Shown: positions 29,161 to 38,760, counted from the stretch's first letter. The stretch is DNA of 50,968 nt from an uncultured Candidatus Saccharibacteria bacterium (GCA_964631145.1 CAZVXT010000001.1:1-50968), one strand, 5' to 3'. Numbers and translations: made by a program. Notes: generated from the sequence alone by a model not told the origin.

Positions 29161-29245
29161 TGGTGGGCAAGGAGGGACTCGAACCCTCAATCCTTACGGA
29201 ACTAGTTCCTAAGACTAGCGCGTATACCAATTCCGCCACTTGCCC
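29161..29245 (-). tRNA. tRNA-Leu(TAG)
   Basis: GGGCAAGTGGCGGAATTGGTATACGCG, anticodon loop CTTAGGA, long variable arm, GGTTCGAGTCC, CCA. Confidence 0.97.
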
Positions 29246-29314
29246 ATAAAAATTAATAACCAGAAAAGGTCCTTCTGGTTATTAATTATAGTTGATTTTC
29301 AAAAAAATATCAAA

Positions 29315-30157
29315 CTACTTTATTATAAATGATAATATTGCCTGAACAACCGCATAAGCCATAACCACTATAACCAAGCCAATCAAAGCATTTGTAAAGG
29401 TTTTTCTACCGCTAGCAGACTGAGCATCATTACCTCTAGAAGTTATATATAAGTAACCTCCGTAAATAAGCATTAACACAGCAATTATACCCGACAACCC
29501 TAAAGCTATATTTATAATTCTTAAGACTATAGCACCTATGGATCCAGACTTCACCAGACTATTATTATTAGAATTATTAAAAGGATTATCAGGAACGCAT
29601 AGCAAACCCGCTTCATGAAAACCACTCTCACAATTTCCTTGAGTACCATTGTTAGAAGTAGATCCATTATTAGTGGATCCATTTGAGCCATTATTGCTAC
29701 CATTTCCGTTGTTGCCCGTACCGTTACCATTACCAGGACTACCACCGTTATTTCCATTATTTGGGACAGTTCCGTATGGCTTTAACTGATCAATTTTAAA
29801 TGGACCTTTTTTTTGTTTAATCTTCACCGAGTCTGTGCTAACTATAAAATCACAACCCGCATTTAAACCACTCGCATCGTACTTAGCTTCTGTTAAAGCG
29901 ACAGAGGATTCTGTACTTCCTGATTTAATAAATTCGTAAACACAAATTGCACCACCATATTTATTAATACTTTTAGAAACAGTATCATACCCAGAAGGAC
30001 AAGAGCCTGACCACAAAACACCAACATCCAAATTATCTCCATTAAGACAAAAATCATAATCTGTTTTAATACCAGATTGTGCCTTTATAGTTATAAAAGG
30101 CATTATTAATAAAGTAATAACTATTAAGAAAGATAATGATCTAATAAAAATTTTCAT
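29315..30157 (-). CDS. VirB2/TrbC-like (T4SS pilin family) protein with Cys-rich N-terminal domain and Asn/Gly linker
   Basis: C-terminal IINIAL..SGIIAVLMLIYGGYLYITSRGN...NALIGLVIV two-helix motif. Confidence 0.8.
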   Translation of the reverse strand: MKIFIRSLSFLIVITLLIMPFITIKAQSGIKTDYDFCLNGDNLDVGVLWSGSCPSGYDTVSKSINKYGGAICVYEFIKSGSTESSVALTEAKYDASGLNAGCDFIVSTDSVKIKQKKGPFKIDQLKPYGTVPNNGNNGGSPGNGNGTGNNGNGSNNGSNGSTNNGSTSNNGTQGNCESGFHEAGLLCVPDNPFNNSNNNSLVKSGSIGAIVLRIINIALGLSGIIAVLMLIYGGYLYITSRGNDAQSASGRKTFTNALIGLVIVVMAYAVVQAILSFIIK

Positions 30158-30160
30158 AAT

Positions 30161-30976
30161 CTATTTTCCTATTATAAAGTTATAAACAACCTGAACGAGG
30201 GCGTAAGACATGACAATAATAACTAATCCTATAACTGCATTACTTAATGTTTTTACCGCTTTACCTACTTGAGCGTCATTACCACGTGCTGTTATATATA
30301 AATACCCCCCTATTATAAACATAATTACCGCAATAATACCTGCAAACAACAATGCTATATCGATAATTCGTTTTGCGATATCAGAAATTGATGTGGTTCT
30401 TACCAAACTATTAGAATTATTAGAACTAAATGGGTTATCTGGTACACAAAAAGGTCCTAACTTATGAAATCCTGATTCGCAATCACCTTTGGAGTAAGTA
30501 CTGGTAGTTGAATTTTTTCCGCCTGAGGGGATAGCTATAGGAGAAGTATTAGGTTTGCCATTTGTGGGAGTAGAAGGAGTAGTTTGATTATTAGTAGGAC
30601 TGGAAGGATTGTTTGGACTAGAAGGCAAACTAGATGGATTATATTTAGGCAAACTAGAAACTTTAATAGGACCTATATACATAGCCCCGGATTCGGTATA
30701 ACAACCATTGCCATTTACAGGTTCACTTATAGAACCTTGAGGTTTTGTATAATAAACACAAATAGTTTTTAAGCCGGATGGAAGGGGAATAGGAATTATT
30801 CCTGACGGACATACTTTAGTAGACGAGATAGATTGAGTCGCGTTCTTTGAATCAACGCATACATAACTAGAAGCAGTGGTATTAGTACCTTCTCCTATAG
30901 CTAAGACAAAATGGCTAGGTAAAACTACCATAGCCATTAAAAATATAAATAAAATTTTTGAAAAAATATTTTTCAT
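30161..30976 (-). CDS. VirB2/TrbC-like pilin with Cys-rich N-terminal domain and Pro/Ser/Thr linker
   Basis: Same C-terminal motif; shares CESGFH..G..CVPDNPF with 29315-30157. Confidence 0.8.
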   Translation of the reverse strand: MKNIFSKILFIFLMAMVVLPSHFVLAIGEGTNTTASSYVCVDSKNATQSISSTKVCPSGIIPIPLPSGLKTICVYYTKPQGSISEPVNGNGCYTESGAMYIGPIKVSSLPKYNPSSLPSSPNNPSSPTNNQTTPSTPTNGKPNTSPIAIPSGGKNSTTSTYSKGDCESGFHKLGPFCVPDNPFSSNNSNSLVRTTSISDIAKRIIDIALLFAGIIAVIMFIIGGYLYITARGNDAQVGKAVKTLSNAVIGLVIIVMSYALVQVVYNFIIGK

Positions 30977-30981
30977 TAGAA

Positions 30982-31401
30982 TTAACTTTTTCCAACTAAG
31001 AAATTGTATACCACTTGCACTATCAAGTAAGATAAAACAATCATGGCAAGTCCTATTAAAGCATTCCTTGCAGTCTTTAATCCGGTATTTGCCTTAGAAT
31101 CACTACCTGCGGAAGTTATATACATATAACCACCGACAATAATAAATATAACTGCTATCATTGCTGCTAGATACAAAGCCCAGTCAATTATTTTCTTTAT
31201 AAAATCTTGTGGGTTGGTGGTATCAATTGCAGTATTAGGAAAAGAACCAGAAATACTACTTAAACCATCTTGTACTTGATTGCTTCCACCAGTAGAAGTT
31301 TGATTTGTAGTGGGAGTGGTTCTATTTGTTGTTTGTGCAAAAACATAGTTTGGTGCAAACAAAACAAAGACCAAGCTCAAAACGAATAATATTTTTTTCA
31401 T
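30982..31401 (-). CDS. VirB2/TrbC-like pilin
   Basis: Signal peptide; IIDWALYLAAMIAVIFIIVGGYMYITSAG...NALIGL. Confidence 0.82.
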   Translation of the reverse strand: MKKILFVLSLVFVLFAPNYVFAQTTNRTTPTTNQTSTGGSNQVQDGLSSISGSFPNTAIDTTNPQDFIKKIIDWALYLAAMIAVIFIIVGGYMYITSAGSDSKANTGLKTARNALIGLAMIVLSYLIVQVVYNFLVGKS

Positions 31402-31483
31402 TTATTTTATAGTTACAATTCTGGAGTTAAAATATCTTTTAATCCCAGAGCTGTACCGCACAAAATGTGCGGACAAGCCAATG

Positions 31484-31933
31484 TTAGGTTCCAAATGCTC
31501 CAGTTCCTTGTCCAGAGACAAAGCGGTAAACAATTTGAACAACAACATAAGATAAAACGATGATTACAATACCAATTAATGCATTACGAATTGCAGTCAT
31601 ACCAGTTTTAGCAGAAGCATCGTTTCCTGCAGAGAAGATATATCTGAATCCACCGTAAATTAATACGATAACAGCTCCCAAGAATGCTATTGCTAATGCC
31701 CAGTTAATTATCAATCTAAAGATAGAAGTTAAACTACCTTCGCTACATCTAATACCTGTTTCACCAGGACAGCTGTTAGCAAAATTATTAATTAATTGTG
31801 CGTGAGTAAATTGTGGTATAACTATTGGAGAAAGAGCCATAATAGTTACCAAAGCTAACTGTACAACATTTAGCCAATTTAAGTTTTTTAATATTTGTTT
31901 CAAGTTTATCACCGCCTTTCTAGTTTTTGTCAT
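31484..31933 (-). CDS. VirB2/TrbC-like pilin
   Basis: IINWALAIAFLGAVIVLIYGGFRYIFSAGN...NALIGI. Confidence 0.82.
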   Translation of the reverse strand: MTKTRKAVINLKQILKNLNWLNVVQLALVTIMALSPIVIPQFTHAQLINNFANSCPGETGIRCSEGSLTSIFRLIINWALAIAFLGAVIVLIYGGFRYIFSAGNDASAKTGMTAIRNALIGIVIIVLSYVVVQIVYRFVSGQGTGAFGT

Positions 31934-31996
31934 ATTAACGAATAGTCGTTAATTAATATTTATTCCTGTAAATATTTTACAATACTTTTAGAGAAA

Positions 31997-32398
31997 TTAA
32001 AACAACTTGTTGTCAACAACGTAATTTACAACTACTTGAACTAATATTACTGCCATAGCTGTAACTATTACACCAGCTAGTGCATATTGAATAATTTTTC
32101 TACCCTGAGATGCTTGTGCGGGGTTGCTTCCAGCAGTCATATATATATAACCTCCATAAATTACGGCAATTACAGCAATAACCCCAATAAACCAATACAT
32201 TAAATTAATAATTTTATTATAAACTTGACCTTCTGTACAATAAGCTGGTAACTGCGAAGTAATATCTTGCCCAGCCGATCCACCTTCGTTAATAAATTTA
32301 GCCTTTAAATCATCACACTCGTTGGCATAAACACTATTTGGGGCAAAAACAAATAGTGAAGCAATAATCAAAATCAAACTTAAAAATATTTTTTTCAT
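31997..32398 (-). CDS. VirB2/TrbC-like pilin
   Basis: IINLMYWFIGVIAVIAVIYGGYIYMTAGSNP...YALAGV. Confidence 0.82.
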   Translation of the reverse strand: MKKIFLSLILIIASLFVFAPNSVYANECDDLKAKFINEGGSAGQDITSQLPAYCTEGQVYNKIINLMYWFIGVIAVIAVIYGGYIYMTAGSNPAQASQGRKIIQYALAGVIVTAMAVILVQVVVNYVVDNKLF

Positions 32399-32400
32399 AT

Positions 32401-32841
32401 TTAAACCAAATTATAAATTATCCCGACAATAGCATACGACATCAAAGCGACAACTAGCCCAATTAAGGACCATGTAATTCTTGATTTAGCAGTTTTTACA
32501 ACCGCATCACTACCCTGACTTGTAACCAACTGGATTCCCGAATATACAATCATAATAGTTGCCACCATTGCTATTAATAAAAACAAAATTCTTATTACTC
32601 TATTAATTAACTGCGGAATACTTGTTGCTTTCACAGGGCTATCAATAGTCGGTAATACATCTTTATCACCTGCATAACCTGTGGGTTGCGTAGAAGCTTT
32701 TGGAGTTATAGTAGATGTTTCGTTGTTTGTAGTTTTAACCTCTGGAGACTTATTTGATGGATCTACAGCAAATGAAGTTAAAGGAACTAAAAGTAATAAT
32801 ATAAATGAGAAAGTTATAATACTTATTATAATTTTTTTCAT
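32401..32841 (-). CDS. VirB2/TrbC-like pilin
   Basis: VIRILFLLIAMVATIMIVYSGIQLVTSQG...AKSRITWSLIGL. Confidence 0.82.
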   Translation of the reverse strand: MKKIIISIITFSFILLLLVPLTSFAVDPSNKSPEVKTTNNETSTITPKASTQPTGYAGDKDVLPTIDSPVKATSIPQLINRVIRILFLLIAMVATIMIVYSGIQLVTSQGSDAVVKTAKSRITWSLIGLVVALMSYAIVGIIYNLV

Positions 32842-32842
32842 A

Positions 32843-33328
32843 CTAATTATCAGAATTAATATATTGTTTTGGATCAGTAAAGATTAAAGCTCCGTTTTTT
32901 ACACCCAAATTTAATGACCCTGTAAAAGCCGCATTGACCAACACAAATGCTGTTGCCACAATGGCAAGCCCAATAACTGCTCCGGTCAATCTTTGCTTAG
33001 CATCTGTTAACTGCCCTTGACCCTGAGAAGTAGTCATCAAAATCCCTGCGTATACAATAAATGCAACCGCCAAAAACCCAGCCATCCCAATCATGTAATT
33101 AATAATCATGATTGTAATTTTAAATAAATGAGATACATTACAAGGATTATTAACATCATTTCCACAAATCACAAAACCATTTTTTGGATCTCGTGTAGTT
33201 GTCTGTGAAGCTTGAGCCAACAAAGTATTATTATCAGATACAGCTAGTGCGTAATAAGGAATGATAAAAAATATGATTGCGAATGCTACCAAAAATATCT
33301 TTAAAATATTTATTTTATTTATATACAT
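32843..33328 (-). CDS. VirB2/TrbC-like pilin
   Basis: CGNDVNNPC; IINYMIGMAGFLAVAFIVYAGILMTTSQG...AKQRLTGAVIGL. Confidence 0.82.
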   Translation of the reverse strand: MYINKINILKIFLVAFAIIFFIIPYYALAVSDNNTLLAQASQTTTRDPKNGFVICGNDVNNPCNVSHLFKITIMIINYMIGMAGFLAVAFIVYAGILMTTSQGQGQLTDAKQRLTGAVIGLAIVATAFVLVNAAFTGSLNLGVKNGALIFTDPKQYINSDN

Positions 33329-34240
33329 TTAACCATTAATTAATCTTTGAATTATAGCTACTATACTAAATGAAAATAGACTTAAAAGTAATCCTGCAAC
33401 AGCGTAAATAACAGTTAACCTAGCTTTTGCTACAGCAGACGAATTACCACTATTAAGAACCATCATAAAACCACCATACACTATAAATAGTACAGCCAGC
33501 ATCCCGGCGACAACCAACATAATCTGGACCACCCTAGCAATACCTTCAGAAATATTATCAAATTCAAAAGCATTAAAAAAAGTGCCTACACTACTATCAT
33601 ACATACCGGCAGTACTTTTTACTCCAAGTCCACCATCTATACTCGCCCCAGCCTGTCCTTGCACACCCCCAGAAACAGAACCAGTTGAGGTGTTTCCTGA
33701 TGATGTACCAGTCGATGTACCAGTTGTATTAGATCCATTAGAAGTTGTTGAAATTGACGAAGCTGTACCAAAATTTACTTGCATATTAGCCGCACTTTTG
33801 TCGTTGATTAAAATTGTATAGACATATGTAGCGGTTGCCGCACTACCCAAATCTTTACTATAAGATGCATTATTAGTAGTAATATTTGCATTATTAATTA
33901 AGGTAAAGCTGCTAGTAATTTTCTTGCCAGAAAACTGACTACCGGCAACATGTATAGTACTTCCCGAGCAATTCTTGGTAATAACTCTTAATATATACTT
34001 CCCTTCTGTAGGAGTATTAACGGTTGTGGTGGTGCCAGACTTAGATGAAGCTTTTACAGTTTTTCCATCCTTTAGCAAAACAGGTGTTACATCACATTTT
34101 TGGAAATTAAACACCGAGCTTCCACCATCTATATCTGCTCCAGTTGTAATTTCACCCTGAGCAAAAGACAAATTAGCAAAAGATAAAAATATTATAAAAA
34201 TAATATAGGAAGATATTAATTTTAATAAATTATTTTTCAT
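33329..34240 (-). CDS. VirB2/TrbC-like pilin with beta-rich N-terminal domain and Thr/Ser/Gly linker
   Basis: C-terminal VVQIMLVVAGMLAVLFIVYGGFMMVLNSGN...AKARLTVIYAVAGL. Confidence 0.8.
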   Translation of the reverse strand: MKNNLLKLISSYIIFIIFLSFANLSFAQGEITTGADIDGGSSVFNFQKCDVTPVLLKDGKTVKASSKSGTTTTVNTPTEGKYILRVITKNCSGSTIHVAGSQFSGKKITSSFTLINNANITTNNASYSKDLGSAATATYVYTILINDKSAANMQVNFGTASSISTTSNGSNTTGTSTGTSSGNTSTGSVSGGVQGQAGASIDGGLGVKSTAGMYDSSVGTFFNAFEFDNISEGIARVVQIMLVVAGMLAVLFIVYGGFMMVLNSGNSSAVAKARLTVIYAVAGLLLSLFSFSIVAIIQRLING

Positions 34241-34246
34241 TTATAA

Positions 34247-35542
34247 TTATTTATTAAAAATAGAAGACTGCACTAATGCACTTGCCTGACTTTGGGCTTG
34301 CCCTAGAGCAGTATCAATTTTTAAACCTCTCAAAACAACATTTTCAATCATATCTGACATTAACTTATCAAACTTTGTTTCGTTAAATTTATAAAAAGAT
34401 TTTGCTGTTAAATTAGCTGTAGCAAAAACACCAATCTCTTCATCAGATGCTTGCAGCTCTATCAAATCTCTTCTAGAAGAAGGCTGCTTATCTTTAGCAT
34501 AATATTTATCTAACATGTCTTTTCCAGTTGCAAATTTTAAAAAGTCCCACGCCACATCAGATACTTTACTTTGCTTACTAACAACTTCAGCAAAATAATT
34601 GGCATAATTAACATTGCTGGCACCTAATTTATACTGGGGAGCAAGTGCTGTATCGTAATTTAAATTCGGAGCTTTATTATTAATCTCTTCTCTAGCATAA
34701 GAATATCCATACATAAAAGCCGACCGCCCATTAGCAAAACTATCTATAGAGTAGTCACTATCCGTATTCCAGGTATAGTTTACGCTGTTTGGATTTGCAA
34801 ACGATGTATAAAATTCTGTAGCAGTTACACCTGGCGAATAATTCTTGCCATCGCGACTAATAGTTTTTGTAAATTGTGCAGTTCTACCATCGCTAGACCA
34901 AGGCACAGCACCAGCTTGAAGCATCATTAAATATAAAATATCAGTTGCGCGATTAACATTAGAACTCAGCCCAATAGCTACACCACTTTTGCTAAAATAA
35001 CCGTCTTCATCTTGTTGAGTTATCCTCCTACTATCCTGAGCTAATTCATCCCATGTTTTTGGAGGTGTTGCAATACCCGCTGTCCCTAAAAGATCCTTAT
35101 TATAGTAGAGACCTAGCGAATCAACCCACATCGCAGTTCCATAAATTTTATTATCCTTAACAAAATCAGCAGACAACACATCTACAAAAGTATCTTTATA
35201 TTCTTTAAGTGTAAAAAGTTTATCTGGTGCAGCAACAACCTTATCCATATATTGAGGCAACCAAGAGTTATTTATAGAAAAGATATCTGGTCCATTACCA
35301 GCTGCTAAAGCATTTAAAAGATCGCTTTCATAATTATCTATATTCTTTTTGGTATATTCAATTGTTACATTTGGATGCTTTTTGTTATAAGCAGTAATAA
35401 TGTCTTGCATCTTCTCTGAGTCAACAAAAGGCTTCCATATTTTTATAGTATATTTTTGCTGTGTTCCCCCTCCACTACATCCAGCTGCAAGAACTGATAC
35501 AGATATAACTGCTACTATAATTTTTTTGTATATTTGTTTCAT
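34247..35542 (-). CDS. Extracellular solute-binding lipoprotein (sugar-binding family 1 type)
   Basis: Lipobox LAAGC; GPDIF; GLYYNKDLL; PPKTWDEL; AWDFLKF. Confidence 0.9.
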   Translation of the reverse strand: MKQIYKKIIVAVISVSVLAAGCSGGGTQQKYTIKIWKPFVDSEKMQDIITAYNKKHPNVTIEYTKKNIDNYESDLLNALAAGNGPDIFSINNSWLPQYMDKVVAAPDKLFTLKEYKDTFVDVLSADFVKDNKIYGTAMWVDSLGLYYNKDLLGTAGIATPPKTWDELAQDSRRITQQDEDGYFSKSGVAIGLSSNVNRATDILYLMMLQAGAVPWSSDGRTAQFTKTISRDGKNYSPGVTATEFYTSFANPNSVNYTWNTDSDYSIDSFANGRSAFMYGYSYAREEINNKAPNLNYDTALAPQYKLGASNVNYANYFAEVVSKQSKVSDVAWDFLKFATGKDMLDKYYAKDKQPSSRRDLIELQASDEEIGVFATANLTAKSFYKFNETKFDKLMSDMIENVVLRGLKIDTALGQAQSQASALVQSSIFNK

Positions 35543-35552
35543 TTTCGTTATT

Positions 35553-36446
35553 TTATAAGCTTTTTAAAAATGCTCGAAAATCATCTTGCAAATCTTGGTG
35601 CTTAAGTCCAAATTCCACCACAGCTTTCAAATACTCTAATTTATTACCGCAATCATAATAACGACTATTCTGTATTTCTATTGCATAGGTTTGTTTACCA
35701 TCACGCAGCATAATATTCATGCCGTCTGCCCAATATAATTCTTCAGGAGTATTTCGTTGTTGCAATGCATACATAGCTTCTTCCATTGCTGGAAAAATAT
35801 CAGGACTGAAAGCATAACCACCTACAACAGCATACGGGGAATCGATTATGCCTGGACCAGGTTTCTCAATAAATTTATCAATAGCGACAACTCCAGGTTT
35901 TTTTTCGTTACCAACAGCATATCCATACCTCTTATAATCTTCATCTTTGGTAGATCTAATAGCACCCAAAATAGCGCTACCACCGTGCTCTTCATATGCC
36001 TCTACTAATTGCTGAGAACGGGTTTTAGGAGATGCTTCAACAAACTCATCACCCCACAAAACTAAAAATGGTTCATTTCCCACAATATGTCTTGCATTCC
36101 ATATAGGTGTACCATTTCCCATAGGACCTTTTTGTCTAACATAATAAAAATTAGCCAAATTAGCAATATTTCTAATCTCTTCGAGTTGCTCATACTTACC
36201 AGCTTCTTCCAAGCGTTTTTCTAATTCAAAAGGGTAATCAAAATGGTCTTCAATATTACGTTTATGCCACCCTGTGACTAAAATAATATCTTCGATTCCA
36301 GCAGAAACAGCATCCTCAACTACATATTGAATAATAGGTTTATCAACCAAAGGCAACATTTCTTTTGGTTGTGCTTTTGTAGCAGGTAAAAATCTAGTTC
36401 CAAAACCTGCTACAGGTATTACAGCTTTTCTAATTTTTTTATTCAT
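35553..36446 (-). CDS. galU: UTP-glucose-1-phosphate uridylyltransferase
   Basis: KAVIPVAGFGTRFLPATKAQPKEMLPLVDKP; YDCGNK. Confidence 0.93.
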   Translation of the reverse strand: MNKKIRKAVIPVAGFGTRFLPATKAQPKEMLPLVDKPIIQYVVEDAVSAGIEDIILVTGWHKRNIEDHFDYPFELEKRLEEAGKYEQLEEIRNIANLANFYYVRQKGPMGNGTPIWNARHIVGNEPFLVLWGDEFVEASPKTRSQQLVEAYEEHGGSAILGAIRSTKDEDYKRYGYAVGNEKKPGVVAIDKFIEKPGPGIIDSPYAVVGGYAFSPDIFPAMEEAMYALQQRNTPEELYWADGMNIMLRDGKQTYAIEIQNSRYYDCGNKLEYLKAVVEFGLKHQDLQDDFRAFLKSL

Positions 36447-36484
36447 ACGTGCTTATTATAACACGCAAACATAAAATATTTAAT

Positions 36485-37990
36485 CTATTCTACGAATCTA
36501 TATTGTAAAGATTCTATCAAATGATGATCTCCTATTTGTTCTGAACTATCCAAATCTGCAATTGTCCGAGATACTTTTAAAATTTTACTAACACTTCTTG
36601 GCGAAAGATCATAAACCTCCACAGATTTAGCTAATAATTTTTCTGTATTATCGTCTAAACTACAAAACTGCTTAATTTGTTTAGAACTTAAATTACCGTT
36701 AGTCAAAATTTTTTTATGCCTATTATATTGTATAGAACGAGCAGCATTAACCCTCTTCTTAACTTCTGAGGAACTCTCGTTCGACAAATTAGTTCTTAAT
36801 TCTTCATACTTTAGTTTTGGCACAACAGTGTGTAAATCTATTCTTTCTAAAATCGGTCCAGATATTTTTTTATTATATTTAATTACATCCCAAGGTGAGC
36901 ACTTACATTGCTTGTCTTTATCTCCTGTTCCACCACATGGACATGGATTTTGAGCAGTAATAAAAATCAAGTCGCAAGGAAACTCTACTGACTGGTTAAC
37001 TCTTGAAATCAAGACATTTTTATTTTCTAATGGTTGTCTTAAAGATTCTATTATATGCCGCGGAAACTCAGGAAATTCATCCATAAACAATACACCTTTA
37101 TGAGCTAAACTAATTTCTCCCGGCTTCGGGCGCACACCACCACCAATTAAAGATATTTGAGAACAGCTATGATGAGGAGACCTAAATGGTCTACTCATAT
37201 AAAGTTTAGATAAATTGCCAAGCCCGGCTAAGCTATGTAAGTTAATAATTTCTATTATTTCTTCCAACAATAAATCTGGCAAAATACCAATAAAAGACTG
37301 AGCCAACATTGTTTTGCCAGAACCAGGTGGACCTATCATTCTCAAGTTATGACCACCCGCTGCCGCGATCTCCAAAACCCTTTTTGGAATTAACTGACCA
37401 GATATATCACTAAAATCAACTATTTCTAATTTATTATTATCTATCTTTTCCTGTACAAATTCTAAGGGTTTTAATCTAACCTGCTGAGTTAAATGTAAAA
37501 TTACTTCTTTCAAAGAATTAACCCCATAAATATTAATACTATCACCTAATATCATCGCCTCTTCAATATTATCGATCGGGATAAAAACTTCTTCAAAGTT
37601 AAGTTTTTTGGCTGCCAATAACATAGACAATACACCAACTGCAGGTCTAACCCTACCATCAAGGGCAAGTTCGCCGACAAACAATGAAGTGTTATTAACT
37701 GTTGGGATTAATTTTACTGAGTTTAAAATAGCTATGGCTATACCCAGATCAAAGTGACTACCGATTTTTCGAAGATTTCCAGGAGCGAGACTAATAGATA
37801 TTCTAGCAACAGGGTAATCATATCCCGTAGACCTCAAAGCTGATCTTATTCTCTCTTTACTTTCCTGCACAATTGTATCTGGTAACCCTACTATAATAGT
37901 GGCAGGCAAGCCATTAGATACATCAACTTCAATTTCTACCAATGAAGCATAATAACCAGCTAACGTTGCTGTTAAAACTTTTGATACCAT
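36485..37990 (-). CDS. comM: ComM/YifB Mg-chelatase-like AAA+ ATPase
   Basis: IVGLPDTIVQESKERIRSAL, GPPGSGKT, RPFRSPHHS, PGEISLAHKGVLFMDEFPEF, NPCPCG. Confidence 0.93.
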   Translation of the reverse strand: MVSKVLTATLAGYYASLVEIEVDVSNGLPATIIVGLPDTIVQESKERIRSALRSTGYDYPVARISISLAPGNLRKIGSHFDLGIAIAILNSVKLIPTVNNTSLFVGELALDGRVRPAVGVLSMLLAAKKLNFEEVFIPIDNIEEAMILGDSINIYGVNSLKEVILHLTQQVRLKPLEFVQEKIDNNKLEIVDFSDISGQLIPKRVLEIAAAGGHNLRMIGPPGSGKTMLAQSFIGILPDLLLEEIIEIINLHSLAGLGNLSKLYMSRPFRSPHHSCSQISLIGGGVRPKPGEISLAHKGVLFMDEFPEFPRHIIESLRQPLENKNVLISRVNQSVEFPCDLIFITAQNPCPCGGTGDKDKQCKCSPWDVIKYNKKISGPILERIDLHTVVPKLKYEELRTNLSNESSSEVKKRVNAARSIQYNRHKKILTNGNLSSKQIKQFCSLDDNTEKLLAKSVEVYDLSPRSVSKILKVSRTIADLDSSEQIGDHHLIESLQYRFVE

Positions 37991-38013
37991 TTCTAAATTA
38001 TAAAGAACCGTTC

Positions 38014-38451
38014 TTAAAGTTTATTTAAATTATTTTTAAAAATTAAAATTAATAATGCGAAAATAATATAAAAATCTGCAATGTTAAACACAGCGCTTCC
38101 AATGTGGATAAAATCTATCACCTGACCAAAATATACTCTGTCGAAAAAATTTGAAATACCTCCAGCCAAAATCATAACTCCCAATGCAGGATTTATTTTT
38201 TTTGAGAAATAAGTAAAATAGAAAACAAAAGTGATGACAAAAATATATAAAACTATGACTATGTATTGCGGTGCGGTTATATCGAAAATTAATTTTGAAT
38301 TTAAAAAAATTATACTTGGTGCAAATTTATTAAATAAAAATTTAGTTAGTTGATCAAATATAACAAGCGAGCAAAAAAACCAAAAACCGAAAGTGTAATT
38401 AGAACATCTTTCGGTTAAGTAGTTATAAAATTTATCAGTTGAGAAATTCAT
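38014..38451 (-). CDS. lspA: Lipoprotein signal peptidase II
   Basis: DQLTK; LAGGISNFFDRVYFGQVIDFI; FNIAD. Confidence 0.9.
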   Translation of the reverse strand: MNFSTDKFYNYLTERCSNYTFGFWFFCSLVIFDQLTKFLFNKFAPSIIFLNSKLIFDITAPQYIVIVLYIFVITFVFYFTYFSKKINPALGVMILAGGISNFFDRVYFGQVIDFIHIGSAVFNIADFYIIFALLILIFKNNLNKL

Positions 38452-38454
38452 TTT

Positions 38455-38760
38455 CTAAATATCAGATTGCGCCCATGGCAACACCCTAAGTCTTTCTTCT
38501 CTAATAGGGTTACCATCTTGGTCTAAACCATAAGACCCATCTTCAATCTTCGATAAAGCCAAATCGATTTTTTCTAAATCTGATTTCATTTGAGAAATAA
38601 CATCCTGATTAACTTCATCCATTTGTAATTCTGTAGCTGCTTCATCTAGATCATCGCCAACTTCTGTATGTGCACTTAATCCAGACAAGTCTTCTTGTAA
38701 TTTGTTTTTAGTTTCTAAAAGCCTTGCTTTCATTTCATCTAAAAATTCTTGTGAGAACAT
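38455..38760 (-). CDS. DksA/TraR-family protein lacking all four zinc-finger cysteines
   Basis: Coiled coil with DxxDxA tip (DDLDEA); ALSKIEDGSYGLDQDGNPIREERLRVLPWA, where CxxC is expected. Confidence 0.85.
   Translation of the reverse strand: MFSQEFLDEMKARLLETKNKLQEDLSGLSAHTEVGDDLDEAATELQMDEVNQDVISQMKSDLEKIDLALSKIEDGSYGLDQDGNPIREERLRVLPWAQSDI

Noticed and set aside
29315-34240. Complete conjugative type IV secretion system or ICE
   Set aside because: Only pilin-like genes are present; no VirB4, VirD4, VirB6-10 or relaxase in the window.
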